From a virus: a stretch of DNA of 32,537 nt. The notes under the pieces are model-generated. The model saw only the letters and a list, made by a program, of their open reading frames with translations. It was not told where the DNA came from and did no database searches. This document shows, one piece after another, positions 14,537 through 21,401 of the stretch (position 1 is the stretch's first letter; the number at the start of each line of letters is the position of its first letter). Location of the stretch: the IMG/VR virus record IMGVR_UViG_3300045988_127048; one strand, given 5' to 3'. The translations under genes were made by a program, and so were the position numbers.

Positions 14537-14852
14537 GGACGGGAGGACACTGCAGGAGGTGGTGACGGACATCCGCGAGGACTACCGCCCGGACGGGACG
14601 GTGTTCGACCCCGACCCGGAGAGGGTGTCGGTGCTGAAGGAGGTGGTGGCCGCGCTGCCGGAGGCCGACCGGCGGATGCTCCTGCTGTACGCGGAGTTCG
14701 CGTCATACAGGAAGATGGGGCGCGCGCTGCACCTGTCGCACATGACCTGCCGGCGGGCGGTGGTGCGCATCCGCGCCCGGGTGCTGGAGGCTTTCGAGGC
14801 GGAGACGACCCGCCGCCGTGAATTGATTGACAACGCAAACAAATTTGAATGA
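14529..14852 (+). CDS. Sigma-70/ECF-family region 4-only protein (C-terminal half of a split sigma factor)
   Basis: 107 aa. LPEADRRMLLLYAEFASYRKMGRALHLSHMTCRRAVVRIRARVLEAF matches the sigma region 4 HTH. It is in a different frame from 14228..14536, and that frame is closed by TGA at 14514-16. Confidence 0.6.
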   Translation: MRRDGRTLQEVVTDIREDYRPDGTVFDPDPERVSVLKEVVAALPEADRRMLLLYAEFASYRKMGRALHLSHMTCRRAVVRIRARVLEAFEAETTRRRELIDNANKFE

Positions 14853-14853
14853 C

Positions 14854-15177
14854 ATGAACATCTATTGTCAACTTCTGACAATCGCGGTGGCGGTTGTCTA
14901 TGTCGTGGAGGTGTCGGGGTTCACGGAGTCGTGGCGCTCCGCCCTCGCGAGGCTGCTGAAGGTGGAGAGGCTCCGCGCCCTGCCGCCGTTCGACTGCGCG
15001 AAGTGCGCGGTCTTCTGGGCCTGCATCATCTGGATGCTGTGCACGGTGGGGCTGCGGCTGCTGCCGGCGGCGTTCTGCTGCCTGCTGTCGCTGCTGTCCG
15101 TTCCGTTCGGACGGTTGATGATATTCATAAGGGAGGGGCTGACGGCCCTCGTGGACAAACTGATTGAGAAGATATGA
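14854..15177 (+). CDS. Multi-pass membrane protein (hypothetical)
   Basis: 107 aa with about three hydrophobic helices and a PPFDCAKCAVFW motif. The ATG at 14854 is just after the previous stop. Confidence 0.5.
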   Translation: MNIYCQLLTIAVAVVYVVEVSGFTESWRSALARLLKVERLRALPPFDCAKCAVFWACIIWMLCTVGLRLLPAAFCCLLSLLSVPFGRLMIFIREGLTALVDKLIEKI

Positions 15178-15476
15178 ACTACACTGAAGAACAGTTCCGG
15201 GCCTTGGAGCCTTACGCCGGGCACTTCCGCACGGCGGTGGAGTCGCGGTGGGTGCGCAACCCCGGGCGCCGCGCGCTGAAGACTATCGGGGAGATATACA
15301 ACGCCGCCGCCGGACTCCGGGAGCGGTGGGACACGAACTGCGGCACGTGCGTGCTGCGTCTCCTGACGGAGGCCGGCACGCTGTGGCTTGAGGACGAGGC
15401 GGCACGCCGTGCGGCCATTGACGCGGCCAACGACGCGGAGTGCGCCAGGATGAGCGAGGAGGCGGAGAGGGCATGA
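15174..15476 (+). CDS. Hypothetical protein
   Basis: 100-aa ORF with ATGA overlaps at both ends. Confidence 0.5.
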   Translation: MNYTEEQFRALEPYAGHFRTAVESRWVRNPGRRALKTIGEIYNAAAGLRERWDTNCGTCVLRLLTEAGTLWLEDEAARRAAIDAANDAECARMSEEAERA

Positions 15477-16771
15477 GGACGGTCGGGGATATAAGTTTCG
15501 AGAGGGAGAGGCTTCCTCTCGGGGTGTTCGAGCCGAACCGGGGACAGGTGGACGGTCTGCCGGCCAATCCGCGCAAGTGGACGAAGGCGGTGGTGGAGCG
15601 TCTGGCGCAGTCCATCCGGGAGACGCCGGAGCTGCTGGAGCTGCGTCCGCTCATCGCCCTGCGTCACGGGGACGCGCGGGTGGTGCTCGGCGGCAACCTG
15701 CGGCTGGAGGCGGCGCGGTCGCTCGGGCTGAGGGAGGTGACGGCCGATGTCATCGTCCCGGGCGCGCCGGCTGATAAGCTCAGGGAGATAGTCATCAAGG
15801 ACAACGGCTCGTTCGGGGAGTGGGACACCGACATGCTGGCCAAGGATTGGGGCGATGTGGACTTGCAGGGTTGGGGCGTGCCGGAATGGGAGACCCCGGC
15901 GGATGAGCGCGATGAATATGAGCGCAAGCGCAAGGAGTTCGACGAGCGCATGAAGGCAGGCGAAGACCTGGAGGGGGACGAGGAATATCAGGCATTCTGC
16001 GCGAAGTTCGAGCTGGCCAAGACCACGGACGACTGCTACACCCCGGACATAATCTACGACGCCCTCTGCGCGTGGCTTGAGTGCGAGTACGGGCTTGACC
16101 GCGCGAAGTTCGTGCGCCCGTTCTATCCCGGGGGTGATTTTGAACGTTACAACTATCCGGAGGGGTGCGTGGTCGTCGACAACCCGCCGTTTTCCCTCCT
16201 GTCGCGGATACTGAGGTTTTACGGGGACAGAGGTATCCCGTATTTCCTCTTCGGGCCGACCTTGACCCTGTTCTCCTCCTCCTCCTCCTCCTGTAAAATC
16301 ATCACCGGAGTCGGTGTGACCTATGCCAACGGGGCGAGCGTGAACACGTCCTTTTACAGCGGCCTGCCTCAGGACAGGCATCTGGCCGCGAAATCCTCTC
16401 CGAGCCTTTATAAGGCCATAAAAGAGGCCAATGACGCGAACCTCAAGGAGATGCACAAGGAACTCCCGAAGTACTCGTATCCGCTCAGCGTGGTGACGTC
16501 CACGATGCTTGTGCCTTATGCCCGGCTGGGCATCCCGTTCGAGATGCCGAAAGACGAGAGCGTCTTCATTCGTAAACTGGACGCGCAGACCGGCTCCGGC
16601 ATTTACGGCTCCGGGTTCTTGATTTCGGAACGCTTGCGTGCCGAGAGGGAAAAGGCCGAGAGGGAAAAGGCCGAGAGGGAAAAGGCCGAGAGGGAAAAGG
16701 CCGAGAGGGAAAAGGCGACGGTCTGGGAACTGTCAGACCGCGAACGCGAAATAATCAAGGGCTTGGGATGA
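15473..16771 (+). CDS. ParB-like nuclease domain fused to an N6-adenine DNA methyltransferase
   Basis: 432 aa. The N-terminal ParB-type motifs are PANPRKW and VVLGGNLRLEAARSLG. The methyltransferase catalytic motif IV is VVVDNPPFS. The C-terminal part has a Ser run and (AEREK)x5. Confidence 0.7.
   Translation: MRTVGDISFERERLPLGVFEPNRGQVDGLPANPRKWTKAVVERLAQSIRETPELLELRPLIALRHGDARVVLGGNLRLEAARSLGLREVTADVIVPGAPADKLREIVIKDNGSFGEWDTDMLAKDWGDVDLQGWGVPEWETPADERDEYERKRKEFDERMKAGEDLEGDEEYQAFCAKFELAKTTDDCYTPDIIYDALCAWLECEYGLDRAKFVRPFYPGGDFERYNYPEGCVVVDNPPFSLLSRILRFYGDRGIPYFLFGPTLTLFSSSSSSCKIITGVGVTYANGASVNTSFYSGLPQDRHLAAKSSPSLYKAIKEANDANLKEMHKELPKYSYPLSVVTSTMLVPYARLGIPFEMPKDESVFIRKLDAQTGSGIYGSGFLISERLRAEREKAEREKAEREKAEREKAEREKATVWELSDREREIIKGLG
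16640..16714 (+). repeat. 15-bp tandem repeat gccgagagggaaaag x5 (encodes AEREK x5)
   Basis: Five perfect head-to-tail copies inside the methyltransferase gene. Confidence 0.9.
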
Positions 16772-17001
16772 TGAGGTGGTTCGACCAGATGAGCGCATCC
16801 TGCGCGGGCTGCCTGCGCCGCGTCACGGGGGAGTTCCCGGACGGGACGCCTTACAGGGCGTGCCGCTGGTACGGCTACATCTTCCACGAGGAGCGCGGGG
16901 TGTCGGACGAGCCGTGCCCCCACCGGGTGACGGACACCGTGAAAGCCACGGAGCCGCCGAGGCCGAAGTCCATCAGGCAGATGGGAGGGGGTGCGGCATG
17001 A
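16768..17001 (+). CDS. Small Cys-rich (zinc-ribbon-like) protein
   Basis: 77 aa with CxxC ... C ... CPH spacing, and ATGA overlaps at both ends. Confidence 0.45.
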   Translation: MMRWFDQMSASCAGCLRRVTGEFPDGTPYRACRWYGYIFHEERGVSDEPCPHRVTDTVKATEPPRPKSIRQMGGGAA

Positions 17002-17429
17002 CTTACGACCTTTCCCGCGACCTTGACCGCAGCCGCTTCGAGGCCCGCGTCGCCGCCCTGATGAAGAGGGGGGCGGCCGTCGACCTGTCGGAGCGCACCG
17101 GGCGGACGAAGGCGCAGAACAGTTACCTCCACGCCCTGCTGGGCGCGCTGGCCATCGAGACCGGGGTGACGCTCCAGTACGCGAAGGAATGGTACTTCAA
17201 GCGCCTCGTCAATCCGGACATCTTCGAGGTGAAGCGCGCCGACCCGTACCTCGGGGAGGTGACGGAGCTCAGGAGCAGCGCCGCACTCACGGTCGAGGAG
17301 ATGTCGCGGGCGGTCGACCGGCTGAAGCGCTGGGCGGCGCAGGAGGGGATTTACCTGCCGGAGCCCGGGGATGCCGACCGCCTGCGGGATATAGAGATTG
17401 AGATGGCCCGGATGTCGGGCTGGATTTGA
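16998..17429 (+). CDS. NinB/Orf-like recombination mediator
   Basis: 143 aa. RTKAQNSYLHALLGALAIETG parallels lambda NinB RSLDQNRKLWACLGDVS. A later segment, SSAALTVEEMSRAVDRLKRWAAQEGIYL, parallels STSRMRVGEFAELLELIQAFGTERGVKW. Confidence 0.5.
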   Translation: MTYDLSRDLDRSRFEARVAALMKRGAAVDLSERTGRTKAQNSYLHALLGALAIETGVTLQYAKEWYFKRLVNPDIFEVKRADPYLGEVTELRSSAALTVEEMSRAVDRLKRWAAQEGIYLPEPGDADRLRDIEIEMARMSGWI

Positions 17430-17451
17430 TGACAATGAAAATTGCAACGGT

Positions 17452-17865
17452 ATGGCTTACAATCCGAAATGCCTTGAGAACCTGAAGAACGGGTTCCGGA
17501 CGAAAGAGGCGGCGCAGAGTGCCGCGATGAAGAGCATAGAGGCCCGCCGCCGCAGGAAGAGCGCGGAGGAGATGGCGGACAAGTTCCTGGACGACCTTTC
17601 GAGGATGGCGTTCGGGAAGTCCACGCTTGACGACTTCCGCAAGCTGGCGAACGAGGCGCCGAACCAGGCGCTGCGCGTCATGGCGCTGAGCCTCTGCACG
17701 CCGAGGACGGCGGCGGCGACGATGCAGTGGCTGCTCGAACGCATCAAGGGCAAGCCGAAGATGCAGATAGACCAGAAGGTGGACGCCGGGGACGGTGTCA
17801 CCATCGTCGTGCGCTCGCAGGACGAGAGAGAGAAGATAGAGAACATCGGGGAGCTCGGGGTGTGA
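17452..17865 (+). CDS. terS: Terminase small subunit (by position and size)
   Basis: 137 aa, basic N-terminal half, immediately upstream of terL. Confidence 0.5.
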   Translation: MAYNPKCLENLKNGFRTKEAAQSAAMKSIEARRRRKSAEEMADKFLDDLSRMAFGKSTLDDFRKLANEAPNQALRVMALSLCTPRTAAATMQWLLERIKGKPKMQIDQKVDAGDGVTIVVRSQDEREKIENIGELGV

Positions 17866-17866
17866 C

Positions 17867-19081
17867 ATGGAGTTCTCGGGCGTGTTCTGGAAGCTGTATG
17901 CGGCGGCCGCGCGCCGTCCGCGCATCATCAGCCAGAGAGGGGGGACCCGCTCCGGCAAGACTTTCAGCACGCTGCAGTTCCTCCACCTCGTCATCCCCGA
18001 GGCCGACGGCCCGGGCGATGTGACGTCCGTGGTGTCGGAGACGCTCCCGCACCTGAAGAGGGGAGCGGTGAGGGACTTCGAGCGCATCGTGGGGCGTCCC
18101 CTGTCGGCGTGCGGCGAGTGGAACGCCTCGACCCTCACGTGGACTTACGCCAACGGCGCGCGGCTGGAGTTCTTCAGCGCGGACAGCCCGGACAAGGTGA
18201 TGGGTCCCGCGCGCAAGCGCCTGTTCGTCAACGAGTGCAACCACATCCGTTACGAGACTTACAGGCAGCTGGCCGTCCGCACCACCGGGCTCATCCTCCT
18301 CGACTACAACCCGGCGGCGATGTTCTGGGCCATCGAGAAGGTGGAGCCGCGCACGGGCTGCGTGTGCATCCGCACGACCTACGAGGACAACCGCGACTTC
18401 CTCAGCGCCGACCAGGTGGCGGAGATAGAGAGCAACCGGGGGGACGAGAAGTGGTGGAAGGTGTACGGCCTGGGGGAGATCGGGACGCTGGAGGGGGCGG
18501 TCTACGACTTCGACACCATCGACGCGCTGCCGGAGGAGCGCTCGTCGCTCGTGGAGGTGCAGGGGCTGGACTTCGGCTTCACCAACGACCCGACGGCGCG
18601 CGTGCAGGTGCTGGCGGACACGGGGCGCAAGGTGCTCTACTGCCGGCAGCGGTGCTACCGGACGCGGATGCTGAACTCAGACATCATCGCCGACCTCAAG
18701 GCGGACGGGGTGCCGCCGAATGTGGAGGTGTTCGCGGACTGCGCTGAGCCGAAGTCCATCGAGGAGATACGGCGGGCGGGCTTCCGCATCATGCCGTGCG
18801 ACAAGGACGCGCCGGTGAAGTCCGACAAGCTGGCGTTCCAGCTCCAGTGGATGAGGGGGTGGCGGCTGCTGGTGACGAAGGACAGCCTCGACCTCATCGA
18901 GGAGCTGCGCAACTACACCTGGGCGCAGGACAGGGACGGCAAACCGCTGAACTGGCCCGTGGACAGGTTCAACCACCTCCTTGACGCGCTCCGCTATGCC
19001 GTCTGGACGAAGTTCGGCAGGGACGCCGGGAGGGGGCAGTACAGGATAACGATACGAAAGAACATATATGGACATGATTGA
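17867..19081 (+). CDS. terL: Terminase large subunit
   Basis: 404 aa. The Walker A motif is GGTRSGKT, with a downstream acidic ATPase motif (LFVNEC). The C-terminal half looks nuclease-like. Confidence 0.85.
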   Translation: MEFSGVFWKLYAAAARRPRIISQRGGTRSGKTFSTLQFLHLVIPEADGPGDVTSVVSETLPHLKRGAVRDFERIVGRPLSACGEWNASTLTWTYANGARLEFFSADSPDKVMGPARKRLFVNECNHIRYETYRQLAVRTTGLILLDYNPAAMFWAIEKVEPRTGCVCIRTTYEDNRDFLSADQVAEIESNRGDEKWWKVYGLGEIGTLEGAVYDFDTIDALPEERSSLVEVQGLDFGFTNDPTARVQVLADTGRKVLYCRQRCYRTRMLNSDIIADLKADGVPPNVEVFADCAEPKSIEEIRRAGFRIMPCDKDAPVKSDKLAFQLQWMRGWRLLVTKDSLDLIEELRNYTWAQDRDGKPLNWPVDRFNHLLDALRYAVWTKFGRDAGRGQYRITIRKNIYGHD

Positions 19082-19757
19082 CAATTACAGGTCGCTCCCG
19101 ATAGGGCGCTACCTTGACATCTGCCGCGAGGGCGCGCGGCAGGACATCGACGCGGTGGAGCGGCAGGCCCGTGTGATAGCCATCCTGACGGGGCGGCACC
19201 CGGAGGACATCCTCAATCTCCCGATCGCGGAGTACCGGGAGCTTTCCGAGCGGTCGGCGTTCCTGTCGGCGGAGCCGGAGCATGTCGGCGGCCGCGCGGC
19301 GCAGGTGTACCGCGTCGGGGGCTGGGAGCTCGTCCCGGTGGCGGACGCGCGCAGGATAACGGTCGCGCAGTACGTGGACTTCCAGACGTTCTGCACAAAG
19401 CCCGAGCACATCGTGGAGCTGCTTTCGGTGCTGATGGTGCCGAGGGGGTGCGCGTACAATCAGGGCTACGACGTCGCGGAGGTGCAGGCCGCCATCCGCG
19501 AGGGGATGAGCGTGGAGGAGGTGCTCCGGGTGTCGGCTTTTTTTTTGAGGCGGTTCGCCGGATTAATTCAGGATTCCCTCAGCTTTTCGGAACGGGCAGC
19601 GGAGAGGATGCCGGAGCCGGCGAGGACGGAGACGCGGGAGCGGCTGATGAAGGTGCGGGCGATGTGGAGGCGTTTGACCGGAAATGGGGATGGGTCGCCA
19701 ACGTCGACGCGGTCAGCGGGACGTGCCGGTGCAGCTGGGAGGAGGTCTGGAAGATGA
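19068..19757 (+). CDS. Tail-assembly-chaperone-like protein, zero-frame product (G-like)
   Basis: 229-aa ORF. Third-position GC is high up to about 19675, then collapses for the last roughly 25 codons. Confidence 0.5.
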   Translation: MDMIDNYRSLPIGRYLDICREGARQDIDAVERQARVIAILTGRHPEDILNLPIAEYRELSERSAFLSAEPEHVGGRAAQVYRVGGWELVPVADARRITVAQYVDFQTFCTKPEHIVELLSVLMVPRGCAYNQGYDVAEVQAAIREGMSVEEVLRVSAFFLRRFAGLIQDSLSFSERAAERMPEPARTETRERLMKVRAMWRRLTGNGDGSPTSTRSAGRAGAAGRRSGR

Positions 19758-19849
19758 GCGCGACGGAGTTCCTGAACATCCTCTGCTACCGCCGCGACCG
19801 GGCGGAGCGGGAGAGGCTGGAGGCTGAACGCAGGAGGGGGGCGAGGTGA
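19068..19849 (+). CDS. Putative -1 frameshift fusion product (GT-like) of the chaperone-like gene
   Basis: The -1 frame becomes strongly coding (high GC3, FDRKWGWVANVDAVSG...EFLNILCYRRD) exactly where the zero frame loses coding signal. The heptamer CGGAAAT at 19679-85 resembles lambda G-T GGGAAAG. Confidence 0.4.
19679..19685 (+). promoter_or_regulatory. Candidate -1 ribosomal slippery site C-GGA-AAT
   Basis: It lies at the point where coding signal passes from frame 0 to frame -1. Confidence 0.35.
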
Positions 19850-20334
19850 TGGAGACGAAGATGCTTTTCAGCGCGTCGCACCTGCGTGAGGTGCTCGGGG
19901 AGATGGCCGAAGACCTCGCCACCAACTACCGCGACCAGCTGCTGCGCAGCGACAGGGTGGCGTCGCGCGCCCTGTATAACTCCGTGTCCGCCCGGGTGGA
20001 GGCCAACGGCCACGCCTGGGAGGTGAAGATGTCGATGCTGGAGTATTGGAAGTACATCGAGCGCGGGACGCGTCCGCACTGGCCTCCGGTGTCGAAGATT
20101 CTGGAGTGGGTGCAGATCAAGCCGGTCATCCCCCGCCCGGGGCGGGACGGCAGGGTGCCGACCCCGAAGCAGCTGGCGTACCTCATCGCGCGCAAGATAG
20201 CGCGTGAGGGCACGGAGGGGAAGCCCGACCTGAAGGACACGGTGGACAGGGTCTTGGCGTGGTATCTGCCGCGCATTTCGGAAGCGCTGGGCAAGGATGC
20301 CCTGCAATACGTCACGCGGGTCTTTGAGGGCTGA
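19849..20334 (+). CDS. HK97 gp10-like head-tail/tail-completion protein
   Basis: 161 aa. LEYWKYIERGTRPHWPP resembles the Y-x-x-x-V-E-x-G-T core of the gp10 family. The ATG at 19849 overlaps the previous stop (TGATG). Confidence 0.4.
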   Translation: METKMLFSASHLREVLGEMAEDLATNYRDQLLRSDRVASRALYNSVSARVEANGHAWEVKMSMLEYWKYIERGTRPHWPPVSKILEWVQIKPVIPRPGRDGRVPTPKQLAYLIARKIAREGTEGKPDLKDTVDRVLAWYLPRISEALGKDALQYVTRVFEG

Positions 20335-20342
20335 CGGAGCGG

Positions 20343-20371
20343 CGCGGTGAGGTACAACCCCACCGCGTTTT
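20343..20371 (+). terminator. Rho-independent terminator
   Basis: A 7-bp stem cgcggtg/caccgcg followed by TTTT. Confidence 0.65.
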
Positions 20372-20393
20372 ATATTCCCCGTAAAACGAAGAT

Positions 20394-21401
20394 ATGATAC
20401 CAATCTGGAAAGATACGGAATTGAGCGCGTCCAACACGGGGCGCGCGGTGTACACGCGCATCCGCAAGGGCGGCGCGGACGGGGAGGTCATCTTCCACGG
20501 GCGCGTGACGGATCCCGGGGGCGCGGTTCTGATGAACGGCGTGTGCGCTGACCACCTCCGGGTGCCGCTGCCGCAGCTCGACGAGGGGGAGGAGTTCACC
20601 GTGCACAACCCGGTGGCGTTCACGCTTGAGATAAGCGCGACGGGGGTGGCGTGGCTGACGAAGGGCACGGTCGAGTTTTACCCGAACTGGAGCTACGACT
20701 GGGAGTTCACGGAGAGGGCGCGCCCCCTGACCATGGCCCCGTCCGGGGAGGCGGTGCCGGGGCAGTACCTGTTCGTTACCGTGATGGCGGAGCCGGGAAC
20801 GGCCCCCGCGGCCACGACTCTGACGCTGAAGGGGACGAGGAAGGACGGGACGGAATACACGCGGGAGGTGGCGGTGCCGGCGGGCGCGCTCATCGGGACG
20901 GGGGTCTTCACCCTCCCGGACTTCGCGTCCCCGGGTGACGTGCTGGAGGTGGCCGGGCTGACATTCCGCGTGGAGGAGAACTGCGCGCGCTATGTGCTGT
21001 ACTGGGTGAACGATTACGGCGGCTGGGAGCAGATGCCTGTGCGCAACGGCGCGCCGCAGGCCGACTCCGTGACCCGGTACACGGTGCAGACGGGGAGGCT
21101 GAACACCTCCGGGTGGAACGGCTCGGCAAGGGCGGAGCGCGAGTACGCCAACGTCACGGAGCGGACGGTGCGCCTCGGTACGGGGTGGCTGGACGACCGC
21201 GGGAGCGCGCTGATGCGCGGCCTGTTCAACTCGACGGACATCCTGCTCTTCGACACGCAGGCCACGAGCGAGGCGGGGCGGTTCATCCCGCTGGCGCTGA
21301 CGGACGACGCGGTGGAGTACAAGACGTTCAAGGGGAACGGCGGCCAGATGGTTCGCTACGACTTCGAGGCGCGGGTGGCACTTAATTTCGTGAGGCGATG
21401 A
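20394..21401 (+). CDS. Virion structural protein (tail/baseplate candidate)
   Basis: 335-aa ORF in the late operon, coupled (ATGA) to the next large structural gene. Confidence 0.4.
   Translation: MIPIWKDTELSASNTGRAVYTRIRKGGADGEVIFHGRVTDPGGAVLMNGVCADHLRVPLPQLDEGEEFTVHNPVAFTLEISATGVAWLTKGTVEFYPNWSYDWEFTERARPLTMAPSGEAVPGQYLFVTVMAEPGTAPAATTLTLKGTRKDGTEYTREVAVPAGALIGTGVFTLPDFASPGDVLEVAGLTFRVEENCARYVLYWVNDYGGWEQMPVRNGAPQADSVTRYTVQTGRLNTSGWNGSARAEREYANVTERTVRLGTGWLDDRGSALMRGLFNSTDILLFDTQATSEAGRFIPLALTDDAVEYKTFKGNGGQMVRYDFEARVALNFVRR

Noticed and set aside
15212-16456. 414-aa ORF on the - strand opposite the ParB-methyltransferase gene
   Set aside because: Same GC-driven antisense artefact (Arg/Pro/Leu-rich). 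The + strand gene has ParB and DNPPF motifs.
19538-19546. T9 homopolymer (contains a perfect T-TTT-TTG slippery heptamer) as the frameshift site of the chaperone-like gene
   Set aside because: Hand-counted third-position GC stays high in frame 0, and only moderate in frame -1, for about 130 nt after the T run. The coding hand-off therefore occurs later, near 19675-19685. The run remains a possible sequencing-error hot spot.
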